The translations under genes and the position numbers were made by a program. DNA of 57,078 nucleotides from Vicugna vicugna (taxonomy: Eukaryota), in NCBI GenBank assembly GCA_013265495.1, contig MU058793.1:858060-915137 (forward strand), written 5' to 3'. Shown piece after piece: positions 24,036 to 36,250 of this stretch; position 1 is the stretch's first letter; each line of letters starts with the position of its first letter. The notes under the pieces were generated by a model. The model was not told where the DNA came from, did not search any database, and saw only the letters and a list, made by a program, of their open reading frames with translations.

Positions 24036-24814
24036 AACTCCAAAGCACTGACCCCTGCAATCACTGTTTGTTAAGAACACAAGCTCCATCAAAGTGTCAC
24101 CTGTTGCAAATTTGAGAGTTTTCTCCAAAGATTTTTTTTTTTTTAATCCACCTCCAAAACAACCTACTTAAGCAGAACTCATCAGTGGCCCTCTCTCTCT
24201 GGGACGAATCCATTTCATGGGAAGAATCTTAGCACTTTAATGATGCCTTTCTGCCCTACAGCCTATGACAATTCAGAGCAATTAGCTCTACAACTATAAT
24301 ATGAAAAGGTTGGAATACATTTAAATTGGAATTGATTTTTGTTTAATCTGCGTTTTCACGGGAGGAAATAGGGTTTTTCTGAGCCAGCTCATTAGAAAGG
24401 ACACGTTGGTGGGGTTTGGGGATGTTGAAACTCCTCCTTCCCAAAAGAAGAAGGGCCTGAACTCACCTTCATTTGGCTTGACTTTCCCTAGAGTTACTGT
24501 TCCCTCCACAGGTATGCCCTGAACTTGGACCTCAACTCCCCTGAGATGTAAACGTCTGCTCTCAGGTGTGTACACGCCTTCTCTCATTGACACGCCCTGC
24601 CCATGACTTTTGCCCTGACCAGGGTCATTAGCCTCAGAGAGTGTACCTTTGTCATATGCTCTAGAGCAGGATCCCTGAGGCAACTGAGTACTTTAATGCA
24701 AGCTAATTTCTGCCAAGAATGATGACCAGGGGATAGCTAAGTGGGAAGGAGTAACAACCTTGGGCTCTTGGGTTGTACTGGATGACAGAAGTACCGTCTA
24801 TCTTGGGTGAAGTG

Positions 24815-24990
24815 CAGAGAATCTTAACTCAGCATAAGCAGTGGAATCACTTACGGGGTATTTTAATCATGCCACTCAAGCATCAAACCAGACCTAGCAA
24901 GTCAGCATTTCCAGAGGTAGGGACTGGACATCTGTATGTTTTTCAAGTACCACAGTGGTTCTGATGGACTGCTGAGGTTGAGAGCCACTG
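24815..24990. mobile_element. MER5-like hAT-Charlie fossil
   Basis: GGAATCAC..CAGACCTA..TCAGCATTTCCAGAGGTAGGG..GGTTCTGATG..GGTTGAGAGCCACTG. Confidence 0.6.
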
Positions 24991-25805
24991 ATCCAGTGGC
25001 CTACAGCTTGCAAAGAGCTCTCACCTTAATCTTCTTTTTTTTTTAGTTTTATTTTATTGAGTTATAGTCAGTTTACAATGTTGATCTTAACGGTTAACCA
25101 AGGAAGGTAATGACCACCCACATCCTACAGATAAGGAAACCGTGGCTCAGAGAGGTTAAGTGACTAGCCTAAGGGCACACAGTTTGCAATCGGCCTAATC
25201 TAGACAAACAAAAATGTCTGAGTCTCAAAGTCCTTTAGGCCAGAATGAATGGAGGGTGGTGTATACTCAGTAACCAATAAGAATAATGATTCAAGGAAAT
25301 GTAGCCTGAGGCTTCTTAGCTGGGTCGGTAATGGGTTGGTAGCGCTTTTAATTCATTTTCAAGTGTTTTGGAGAACAAATCAGTGCTTGTCATCCCCCTA
25401 AGGAAAGAAGCCACAGGGGATTCCTTCCAAAAAGTTGTGGTAGTTAGTGTTATATGCCCTTCTACCCTGTCTACACTGCTGAGTATAGCAGGCTGGACAT
25501 AAGTCCAATTACAACCAGATGGATGGTGGATAATTACTTGACCACTACCTGATCACTAATAGCAGCTCAAAACAGACTTTGGTATAAGGTATTTAGGGGT
25601 GGAAGGCTGGAGAAAGGCAGCAAAAGTGAAGAGGAGGCAGTTGGAAGTCAAATATAGGGGGAGAGTCATTGAAACAGAAACAGAGACAGAAGAGTCGTTA
25701 AGTACAACAGCATCTCAAGAGTAGGGAGTAGCAGATGTACACTCTTAAGGGGTGACAATATGGCCAGGTCATTACTGCAGCTCATTCTAGTTCTTTGATA
25801 TCCTC

Positions 25806-25978
25806 TTTTTTTTTTAATAACCTTTATTTTTAAAAATTAATTGTTATTGTTATTTATCTTTTGCAGGGGGGAGGTAACTAGGTTTTATTGTTTATTTTTA
25901 GAGGAAGTGCTGGGGATTGAACCCATGACCTCGTGTATGCTAAGCATGCACTCTACTACCCGAGCTATACCCTCCCAC
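25806..25978 (-). mobile_element. Vic-1-like SINE
   Basis: CTGGGGATTGAACCCATGACCTCGTGTATGCTAAGCATGCACTCTAC..GAGCTATACCCTCCC. Confidence 0.9.
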
Positions 25979-26968
25979 CGGGACACTCTTTATGTGACTG
26001 CTGGGGCAGATTTCTGTCTCCTTCACATCTCTGGATATTCCTTAGATTACCCACACATATTGTCCTCGTATCTAAAGGGTACTAACCAGCACAGTTAGGC
26101 AACAGCAATAATAAGGCATTTCTCTGCTTGCTGAGCACCTCAAAGGTGTTTCCCAGAATCCTTTGCACTTTTGAGAAACTGCAGGGCATCCACTGTTTTC
26201 CTGGACCGGAGCCTGGCGGAACTGGCTCTTCATTACTTTGCTTCTGTTGCCCTCTAGTGCTCACTTCCTATAGCTATCTTTACTATTTCTCTTCAGCTAA
26301 GTTTAAGAATCCAAAACCTGAAAAGAAACTTCCTACAAGTCTATTCATCACTTCGTAGAAATTCACTGGACACACATGCTATGTTCCCTTTTCCATATTA
26401 AACCTCAATTCAAAGTATTTCAAAAGTCTACCCATGTATCTATCAAGTTTTTACTGAGTGCTACCACAGGGTAGGCCCCCTTTTAGATGGGTTGGTAATG
26501 GGTTGGTAGAAAACACTTTTTGCTCTCACGGAGACTGAGCTGGGGAAGACTGACAACAGATCTCATAAATGAATGTGAAATGACAGCTGTGACAGTGCTG
26601 CAAAGAACAGGTTCACGGAGAATCGACTTGGCAGAGACGTTAAGGAAGGCTTCCCTGGGGAAGTGAGAATAGACTGAAATATGATGGAAGGGTCAGAGTC
26701 ACGATGCCAAAAAGGCCAAGGAGTAGCAAATGCAATATCTCAAAAGGGAATGGGATGCATTTAAGGTGAAAAGTTGTTCTGTGTAGCTAGCATGTAAAAA
26801 GTAAGAATGTGAGGCTGGAGGGATAACTGAAGGACTGTCTTTATATGGGTTTGCAGACCACATAAGAATTTTGATCTTTAGTAAAACCGTGGAATAGAGC
26901 TTCTTTGTTTTGTTTTGTTGGCATCAGGTGGTAAGTTATTATATGTGTGTTTTGAAAATATCCCACTG

Positions 26969-27899
26969 AAACAAATGGGACCTAATGAAACTTACAAGCT
27001 TCTGCACAGCAAAGGAAACCATAAGTAAAACAAGAAGACAACCTATGGAATGGGAGAAAATTTTTGCAAATGAAACTGACAAAGGCTTGATCTCCAGAAT
27101 ATATAAGCAGCTCATATGATTCAATAAGAAAAAAATATACAACCCAATCCAAAAGTGGGCAGAAGTCCTAAACAAGCAATTCTCCAAGGAAGACATACAA
27201 ATGATCAAAAGGCACATGAAAAAATGCTCAATATCACTAATTATCAGAGAAATGCAAATCAAAACTACAATGAGGTATCACCTCACACCAGTCAGAATGG
27301 CCGTCATTCAAAAATCCACAAATGACAAATGCTGGAGAGGCTGTGGAGAAAGGGGAACCTTCTTACACTGCTGGTGGGAATGCAGTTTGGTGCAGCCACT
27401 AAGTGATATATTTATACAATGGAATACTACTCAGCCATAAAAACCGACAACATAATGCCATTTGCAGCAATGTGGGTGCTCCTGGAGAATGTCATTCTAA
27501 GTGAAGTAAGCCAGAAAGAGAAAGAAAAATACCATATGAGATCGCTCATATGTGGAATGTAAAAAACAAAAACAAAAACAAAAACAAACAAACAAAAACA
27601 AAGCATAAATACAGGACAGAAATAGACTCATAGACAGAGAATACAGACTCGTGGTTGCCAGGGGGGCGGAGGGTGGGAAGGGATAGACTGGGATTTCAAA
27701 ATTGTAGAATAGATAATCAAGATTATACTGTATAGCAGAGGGAAATATACACAAAATGTTATGGTAGCTCACAGAGAAAAAAATGTGACAATGAGTGTGT
27801 ATATGTCCATGTATGACTGAAAAATTGTGCTGAACACTGGAATTTGACACAACATTGTAAAATGATTACAAATCAATAAAAAAGTGTTAAAAAAAAAAA
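26969..27899 (+). mobile_element. Young 5'-truncated L1 (ORF2 C-terminus + 3'UTR) with an internal deletion
   Basis: ORF2 peptide [52 protein letters not shown]; poly(A); perfect 15-bp TSD GAAAATATCCCACTG at 26954-26968 and 27900-27914. Confidence 0.95.
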
Positions 27900-28121
27900 G
27901 AAAATATCCCACTGGTTGTAGGAGGAAGATGGGTTGCAGCTGAGCCATAGCTGCATCAGAGACTCATTCAAAGGCTGTTAATATAGCCCAGGTGAGAGAG
28001 AATGGAAACTTGGTCTAGGTGATAGTGGCAGAAGTGGAATAAAGAATATGGAGTCAACGAGATAGACAGAGAGAAAAACTGGGCTTAGTGGTGAATTAGA
28101 AGTGGGTGGGGGCCTAGGGGG

Positions 28122-28850
28122 CCTACACTGCTGGTGGGAATGTACTTTGGTATAGCCATTACAGAAAACAGTATGGAGATTCCTCAGAAAACTAATAATA
28201 GACTTACAATATGATCCAGCAATCCTACTTCTGGGTATATATCCAGAGGGAATTCTAATTGGAAAGTTATATGCATGCCAATGTTCATAGCAGCACTATA
28301 TACAATAGCCAAGACATGGAAGCAATCTGATAGTCCATCAACAGATGACTGGATAAAGAAGTTGTGTTGTATTTATACAATGGAATACTATTCAGCCATA
28401 AAAAAGCAATAAAATAATGCCATTTGCAGCAATATATACGGGCCTAGAGATTGTCATTCTAAGTGAAGTAAGCCAGAAAGAGAAAGAAAAATACCATATG
28501 ATATCACTCATAAAAGAAAAAAAAGGACACTATGAACTCATCTACAAAACAGAAACAGACTCACAGACATAGTAAACAATCTTATGGTTACCAAGGAAAG
28601 GGGATGGGAAAGGATACATTTGGGAGTATGAGATTTGCAAATGTTAGCTACTATATATAAAAATAGATTTTTTAAAAAGTTTCTTCTGTATAGCACAGGG
28701 AATTATATTCAGTATCTTATAATGACCTGTAATGAAAAAGAATATGAAAACAAATATATGTATGCATCTGCATGACTGGGACATTGTGCTGTACACCAGA
28801 AATTGATACATTGTAACTGACTATACGTCAATTTAAAAAAATTTTTTTAA
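28122..28850 (+). mobile_element. 5'-truncated L1 (ORF2 end + 3'UTR)
   Basis: CTACACTGCTGGTGGGAATGT..ATGATCCAGCAATCCTACTTCTGGG..; possible TSD AGAAGTGGG(T/A)GGGGG at 28098-28112 and 28851-28865. Confidence 0.9.
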
Positions 28851-28860
28851 AGAAGTGGGA

Positions 28861-29000
28861 GGGGGAAGGGTATAGTTCAAGTTGTAGAGCATATGCTTAG
28901 CATGCACGAGGTCCTGGGTTCAATCCCCAGTACCTCCAATGAAAAACCAACTACAATAAATAAACAATAACTACCCCCCCACAATAAATAAACAAACAAA
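28861..29000 (+). mobile_element. Vic-1-like SINE
   Basis: ATGCTTAGCATGCACGAGGTCCTGGGTTCAATCCCCAGTACCTCCA. Confidence 0.9.
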
Positions 29001-29459
29001 CTTTCCTTGTCTTGCAACAAAATATGAATTTTATTTCATACCAAACTTACTTGACCACCGAACCCTTTTTCTCATAGCCAGCTATCAACATATCTGGGAA
29101 TGTATCCTGATGAATATTCACCTACACATATAAATATATAAATGGTATAATGGCTATCATGATAGCCACTATGATTTATTATCTAGTCTATGCCATATAC
29201 TCCTCATCATCTCATTTAATCTTTAAAATAACTTGATATTATATTACATGTATATAATACATCTATATATGTATCATATATATTTTTCTATTATATGTGT
29301 ATATATAGCATATACAAATTGTAATACTATATAACATTTAGCAGATGAAAAAACTGAGGATCAGAATGGATAAATAATCTCCCCAAGGCCACATAAATGG
29401 TCAGTGGCCAAGCCACACTTTGAATGCAGGCCCTTAACCACCACTCTATACTTTTTCCA

Positions 29460-29760
29460 GTCCAGTCCAACCCTGCTCTGTGCTTGAACAGTCCCACACA
29501 ATCATGGCAAAGAACTGTCCAGTCTCTTTTTAAACACACCCCCAAAACAGGAAACTCATCATTTCTCAAAACAACCCATTCCATTACTGAATATCTTTAA
29601 CTATTCAAAGTTATTTATACTGAGTTGCAATCTGCCTGTACGTAATTTCCACTCATTATTTCTGGTTTCCACTTCAGGGATGATACAGATTAAGCCTACA
29701 GAATTTCCATATGGGTCCAGTTCAAATATTTGAAGACAGCTATTTATCTTCCCTCTGCCA
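29460..29760 (-). mobile_element. L3/CR1 LINE fragment
   Basis: GGAAACTCA..AACCCATTCCATT..AATCTGCCT..AATTTCCACTCATT..TTCAAATATTTGAAGACAGCTAT. Confidence 0.65.
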
Positions 29761-30258
29761 TCAGAAAGACAACCAAATTATAATTACATTTTTAGAAGTA
29801 GACTATAGTCAGTATGTAAACCAGGACTTTTACTTTTCAGAGAAAACTAGGAAATAGACAACTGTGAACTGTCTGTGATATACCAGCATTCTATAGTTGA
29901 TAAGAAAAAATTATGAATACACCATCTCACAATTTCCAGAGACATATGCTTCTTCATAATACAACTTCACTATTTGGTAAAAGAACACGTTTATTAACAG
30001 GTCCAAGTATCATTAGTCTTTATGTAAAAATAAGAAGCCAAAAGTACATAAATTTATGTTCAGTATTTAATGTTTCAGTATTTTATCTTACTTAGAAGTG
30101 ATCAAGATATTTAATGAATATCTATCACTTAATATAGCTTTAAGGTTGCAAATAAGCAAAAAGATTTTGGAAACTATTTTGACATATTTATTATAAAACA
30201 TAATCATTGCCAGAATAATGACTCAATTTTGATTAGAATCAAGTCCATAAGTCTTATA

Positions 30259-30564
30259 GAATACAAACTTGTGGCTGCCAAGGGGGTAGGGGGTGGGAAG
30301 GGACAGACTGGGAGTTCAAAATTTGTAGATACTGACAGGCATATATAGCATAGATAAACAAGATTATACTGTATAGCACAGGGAAATAGATACAGGATCT
30401 CGTGGTAGCTCACAGCGAAAAAAAATGTGACAATGAATATACGTATGTTCATGTATAACTAAAAACTTGTGCTCTACATTGGAATTTGATACATTGTAAA
30501 ATGACAAACTCAATTAAAAAATGTTTAAAAAATAAAACAATGAAGTCCATCACCTCAAAAAAAA
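30259..30564 (+). mobile_element. Young L1 3' tail
   Basis: Colinear with 27640-27890; 24-bp TSD AGAATCAAGTC(CA/TG)TAAGTCTTATA at 30235-30258 and 30565-30588. Confidence 0.9.
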
Positions 30565-30949
30565 AGAATCAAGTCTGTAAGTCTTATAATCTTAAACATC
30601 TAACAAATATAATATTAGTTTATTTGACCAGAAAATCCAAGCAGAATAAGAACGTATGCTTGTATCATACTCTGTGCTGGTACCTCAGAAGGTCTTGTTT
30701 AACATTTACCCAAATCATGTGAACTTGAAAATAATTTAGTTAGTTCCTATATTTCTGAGTTTGAGTGATATTTAATTTATGTAAGTGCTTATTTTCTCTA
30801 AGCCAATTAGAATGAATTTCCTTTGTTACTTTGGTAATACCATACAGAGGTAGAAAAAATATCACATATACATAACATACAGGCAGATGCAAATAGAGAT
30901 CTTACAGGTTTCATCTGAGTTTTTAGCCATGAATAAGGCATAAGTACAG

Positions 30950-31323
30950 GACTGTAAACTGAATGTTGATGTCCCCCAAAATTCATATGCTGAAATTCTA
31001 ATTCCTAACGTGATGGTATTTGGAGATGGAAACTTCAGGAGCTAATCAAGGCGTGATGGCAGAGCCCTTGTGAATTGGATTAGTGTCCTTACGAGAAGAA
31101 ACACAAGAGAGCGCTCTTTCTTTCTCTTTCCTTCTCTTTCTTTCTCATGTGGGAAAACAAGGAGAAAGCCACTATCCACAAGCCAGAAAACGGGCTCTCA
31201 TCACAACTACCACACCGACCCCCTGATCTTGGACTTCCAGCCTCCAGAACTGTGAGAAATAAATGTTTGCTGTTTGAGCCTCCCAGTCTATGTTATCTTG
31301 TCACAGCAGCCCAAACTAAGACC
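30950..31323 (+). mobile_element. MLT1A-like MaLR solo LTR
   Basis: CTGAATGTT..GTCCCCCAAAATTCATATGCTGAA..GGACTTCCAGCCTCCAGAACTGTGAGAAATAAATG..CAGCCCAAACTAAGAC. Confidence 0.85.
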
Positions 31324-31364
31324 TACAATAATATAAAATTCATTAATTTAAATATAAGAGTTGG

Positions 31365-31541
31365 GCACTATATTTAGTAATAATAATCTTGTAATAACCT
31401 TTAATGAAAAAGAATATGAAAATGAATATACGTATATATATGTATGACTGGGATATTATGCTGTACACCAGAAATGGACACATTATAACTGACTACATGT
31501 CAATTTAAAAAATCAAATAATATTTAAAGAGAAAAAATGAA
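31365..31541 (+). mobile_element. L1 3' tail
   Basis: Same tail as 28710-28840; TSD TAAATA(T/C)AAGAGTTGG at 31349-31364 and 31542-31557. Confidence 0.85.
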
Positions 31542-32863
31542 TAAATACAAGAGTTGGCTCTCATCTTTGTCCTACTTTATATTTTTAACCTAATCATGGC
31601 TCTGGCAGGTGGAACAAGTTACCTGCTCAATATGAGGGCTAACACTGTTTCCAATATTCGTGGTGGAAATTTTTAAGATTTTTCCTTTTTCCTTGACATA
31701 TAATCTTATGGAGGCTATGGACTAAATTTAGTCTGTAATTAGTCTTTTTCTTTCTTTTTCAACCCCATGTGGTTGCTTCTGGGTGTCCTTGAGTCCCTTG
31801 AGAGCCCTTGAGGAGGGACAAGGGTTACCTAAAGTTCCAGTGACTATAGGCAGTTGAAGGGCTGAAATGGGAAGCAAAAATCTCTTAGAAAATCCAGCTT
31901 GGGAGATGAACATTTTCTCAAAGGAGCCATTGAAGTTCTAAATTATCCTTCGAAAAGTCGTGCCAACAAGAAGGGAAGCAGACAGAGTTAGTGCCATGGT
32001 CAATGGGAGATTGAGAAGGGGAAAATTCAGTCTATTGAAAATTTCTAATGAAAGGAACAGGATCAAGGAGTGAAAATTAAGCGGCCTCAAAACGGAAGGC
32101 AGGAAGAACTTCTAGGCCAAGAGGTAACTTCCAAAAACAAAGATGCTACATTGTAACCCAGCCTCAGAAAGTATACTCATTTCAGCTGTGACTCAAGCCA
32201 TTAGCATTTTTATGGCTTAACTATGGAGGCTAGAGAGCACGGAAGATGCAACACTCATACCCAAAGGTAGCGAGGGAGAGGGAAAGAAGGCTCTCTGTCG
32301 CCATAAGCGATGAGCAAAAGGCAATGGGGGAAGAGACAGGGTCCTTATAGGATGAGACCCTTTAGGATTTAGACTTAGATGAACCCGCTGAAAGCTGGAA
32401 TAGTCAGTAGAACCCCAGCTGTAAGCTACCCACATTTCTGTCCAGCTGACTACAATTCCTCAGGGCCTGACACCTTATGGTTGGCAGCAGACCTGACAAT
32501 CTACACCCCACCCCCAGCAGGTGGAAAAACCAGAGAGAATGCTCTTTTCAATTTCCAAAGCCATGATTTTGGGAAACAAATAACACTCCTAGACATCACA
32601 AAACTGTGGCACAAGAGATGGACACAACCTGCAACAAGAGTCCCCATATCCAAAGAACTGGTTTTAACTAAACGTTTTCTTTTGTAAATCTAAACTTCAG
32701 GAAATCTTGTTCAAAGAGGCAAGGAGAGGCTCTTGCTGTCCCTGCTCGGCTGGACCCTGGCGGAGATACAGGATTGTGACAGTGGAACAAAGTTAACCTT
32801 TACTGGCGTGGGCAGAGGTCCCGGGATCTCGGGGCAGTCTCCAGAGAGTGGGGAGCACTAACC

Positions 32864-32881
32864 ATCCCATCTTTGTTGCCA
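32864..32881 (-). other. Degenerate retroviral primer-binding site (tRNA-Arg-like)
   Basis: Minus strand TGGCAACAAAGATGGGAT versus TGGCGACCCAGATGGGAC expected for a tRNA-Arg primer (recalled; 14/18), just downstream of the LTR. Confidence 0.5.
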
Positions 32882-32904
32882 AAAGGGAAGAAAATTTTCC
32901 TCTT

Positions 32905-33367
32905 TGTTGGGAAGAAAACTTTTCCTCTTCCAACTCTCGTCCAGCAGTTGGGGGCCTGATAAATTGACTGAGAAAAAGATTACCAAGAGAAAAGACCAGG
33001 TTTATTTTCACATGTGCACTTGAGAGTTCCAGTCAGGAAAACTCCTGGAATAGCCCAAAGGAAATGTGTAAATATACCAATTTAACAAAAGGGGGGGGGG
33101 TGGTTAGGTCTTCAATGGGTGAGTTCAGAAGGTTCTCCTGGGCTTTTTGATGCTAATGAGAATAAACAGTCTGTCTTCTGGACAACTGAATTTTCACAGA
33201 ACCCCCTTGGAAAGGGTTTAATGGGCAGCTGTATTTCATAATGCCCCTGATTCAGGCAACTAAGGGAATTCAGGTAAGATTTGTTTCTGCATCTTCTATG
33301 CCCAAATATTTCCACTTTAAAATAACCTTTATACCAACTTTAGGGGGGGGTCAAGAGGGTCCCCACA
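32905..33367 (-). mobile_element. MER34-like ERV1 5' LTR
   Basis: Minus strand starts TGTGGGG, contains GGTATAAAGGTTATTTTAAAGTGGAA..AGATGCAGAAA and ends AGAGGAAAAGTTTTCTTCCCAACA (TG...CA). Confidence 0.65.
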
Positions 33368-33587
33368 ACTCCCACATGAATTCTTCAAGTCTCACCCTCT
33401 GGAGCCAAACTTCCTAGTACATGTTCCTGCTCTGTCTTTGAGAGCTGAAAGACAGGTAAATTATCCACTCCTCTGTGTTTTAATCTGCAACATGAGGATA
33501 GGGTGGTTGAAAGGATTAAACAAGTCCTTTACATAAAGCATTTGGAACAATGCCTGGACCTAGTAATACAAGTGTTCGCTATTATGA

Positions 33588-33710
33588 TTTTTTTTAAGGT
33601 ATAATCAGCATATAACATTATGTTTGTTTCAGGTGTACAACGTAATGATTCGATATTTGTATAAATAGCAAAATGATCACTGAGTTAAGTCTAGATAACA
33701 TCCGTCACCA
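33588..33710 (-). mobile_element. L1 3' tail (L1MA9-like)
   Basis: ATAACATTATG..TTTCAGGTGTACAACGTAATGATTCGATATTTG..AAATGATCAC. Confidence 0.7.
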
Positions 33711-34961
33711 AGCTATATAATCATTTTTATTTTGTCTTAGAAGCATCTCAAACTCAACCCTTCCAAAACTCACCTCCTCATCTTCCCTCTAAACTGGTCC
33801 CTCCTCCCAGAGTCCCTTTACTCATTTGGTGGCCCCATCGTCAGCCCCATCACCCAAGCAGTAAATTTGACTCCTTTCTCCTTCAACCCCAATGTAAAAT
33901 CAACCATCGAAACAGGCTGATTTCACCCCCTAAATAGTGCTTGAATTTGTCCTCTTCACCCTACTCCTTTTGTGTCAGAGCAGATTATTGTTTAGTAAAT
34001 ATTCACCCCACTGCCGCCCTCCATGAGAGAAGGGCATGTCCCCATCCTGTTGATATTGGTTTGGACCACGTGATTTTCTGGGGGCAGTGGAGCAGAAGAG
34101 AACAGGACTGCGGCTATGCAGCTGGACTCAGCCTCCTGTGCTCCTTCTATGTGTCATGTGAACACTCCGCAGGTAGCCTAGATCACCTGAACCACAGTGG
34201 CCCACAGATGCATGAGTGAGAAGAAAAAAACATACGCTTGTGTGCCGCTGAGATTTTGTGGACAGTTGCAAAATAGCTCTTCATAGGAATAGCTACCTGC
34301 TATATCTTTCGTAGGTCAGGAAATTGCGTCCTAATTGATTTTCCTGCTTCCAGCCTTATCCCTCTCAACTCCATCCTTCAAACAGCTACCAAGTTACTCT
34401 ACCTAATGCACAAATCTAAGTTGATCTGATTTACTCATAATCCTTTGAAAATGACAGAAACCGAATTCAAACCACTCTCAGAGGAAAAAAAGAAAAAGAA
34501 ACTGAGAATGTATTGGCTTTCGTAAATCTTCTAAGAATGGTAATAGATTCTGACATGGCCGCATCTAGTTGCCCAAACAAGTCCATCAGGAATATGTCTC
34601 TACTTCTCTTAGCTCCGGTCTCTTCTGTGGCTTCATTCCCAAGCAGGCCCTCCCCAGGGGTGGAAAAATTGTCATTAAGACGTTCCAAGCTTAAACCCTA
34701 CAGTTTCATTAACTCCAAAAGAAAGTGAATACCTCTTTCCAATTGTGTCAACAAAATGTCTCAAGAAAGACTCATTGGACTGTTTTGGGTTGGATCCCCT
34801 TCAGACCTTTGACTAGGCACCTGCCATGCTCAGCCTTGAACCCAAGAATGGAATCAGCCAGGTCATATAGACTGAGAGTGGGTGAGAAGAGAGTTCCCCA
34901 AGGGGAAAAGATGGAATTTGTTACCAGAAAGCAAGATATAAAGTAGTCAAAAGTGATTGAT

Positions 34962-35092
34962 GGGGGTGGGGGATATAGCTCAGCCGCAGAATGCATGTTT
35001 AGTGTGTGCGAGGTCCTTGGTTCAATCCCCAGTACCTCCATTAATAAAATAATGTTTAAAAAATAAAATAAAATAAAAATTAAAAAATAGAA
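34962..35092 (+). mobile_element. Vic-1-like SINE
   Basis: tRNA-like head; TSD CAAAAG(TG/CA)ATTGAT at 34948-34961 and 35093-35106. Confidence 0.9.
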
Positions 35093-35664
35093 CAAAAGCA
35101 ATTGATATCCTAGCATTATTCCTCTGCCTAAAGTCCTTCAGTGGAATCCTCATCATCATCAGGAGGAACTCTCAGCCTCTCAGTATAAACTTACAAGGCC
35201 CTACATGATCTGATCCTTTTTATTTATCAAGTCTCACCTCCCTGTCACTGTGTGATGTGCCCTTCAGGCTCCTGCAATGCTGCACATCGTGCCCCATGCA
35301 GCCTCCAATCCTGGCTCATATGTTCCCTTTCTCCTGAAACACTCTTTCCCTAGCTAATTCCTACTGACTCTTGAAGGGTCCACTCAGGTCACACCTGGGC
35401 TGGAAAGATCTCTGAACCACCCTGCTGCAGGCTGTGTTCCTACAAAGACGCACTTCAATATTTTATTACCAATAAGGAGTTTGGCACAGAGTGGTCTCCC
35501 AGTAACTGCTGGATTAATGGGTGGATAAAGCAAGGAATGAACGACTGAGTGATAGAGAAGACTAAAAACTCAATAAACACTTGCTTAATGAATGAATTTG
35601 GTTTGAAATGGGAAATTTATTGCCTTATGTAACTGAAAAATCCAAGGGAAGAGCTGAATGTGTA

Positions 35665-35810
35665 CGTAGGTAGGTAGGTAGGTGGGTAAGTACGTAAACA
35701 GACAAATGGATAATAGATAAATGGATTGAATGGACTGGATGGATGAGAGGATGGGTGGATGGATGGAGGGCAGGATGGATGAATAAACAGATGAAAGGAT
35801 AGGTGGATAG
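35665..35810 (+). repeat. (TAGG)n / degenerate (GGAT)n simple repeat
   Basis: Direct reading. Confidence 0.8.
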
Positions 35811-36045
35811 AAAGGTGACTGGTAAACAAATCCCCCCTCTCCCAATAGTTTGGGAAGCAGGACAGAGCAGTGGCTTTCAAGTAACGCAGAGTCTGTGCAG
35901 ACCTCTCTCTCAAGACGTTAAAGCTCATTTGAGTGGACATAATTCTGATCACTTTCACCAGGCACATGAGCTTCAGAGGGACTGAGATAAATGATACTGG
36001 GCCCCTATGGCACAACTGGAACATCCCTAAAAAGCAATTGGGTAT

Positions 36046-36250
36046 GGGGGAAGGGTGTAGCTCAAATGGTAGAGTGCATGCTTAACATGAACAAGGTCCT
36101 CGGTTCAATCCCGAGTACCCCCATTAATAATAATAATAATTATTAATAAATAGACCTAATGACCTCCTCCCCTCAAAAAAAGGGGTTTTTTAATTTAAAA
36201 AAATGCAGGAGATAATTATAATTCATAAATTTCACAAAAAAAAAAAAAAA
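36046..36250 (+). mobile_element. Vic-1-like SINE
   Basis: GGGTGTAGCTCAAATGGTAGAGTGCATGCTTAACATG..GGTTCAATCCC, (TAA)n, ACCTAATGACCTCC. Confidence 0.85.

Larger units (their letters stand above)
29900..32881 (-). mobile_element. ERV1 (MER34/MER4-group) internal leader region, non-coding, with nested insertions
   Basis: Abuts the PBS and LTR at its right end; long AT-rich non-coding internal sequence typical of MER4-group elements; left boundary uncertain; no gag/pol ORF seen. Confidence 0.55.

Noticed and set aside
26939..27850. ORFs here and at 56283-56961 as host genes
   Set aside because: L1 ORF2 fragments or their antisense frames; truncated and frameshifted
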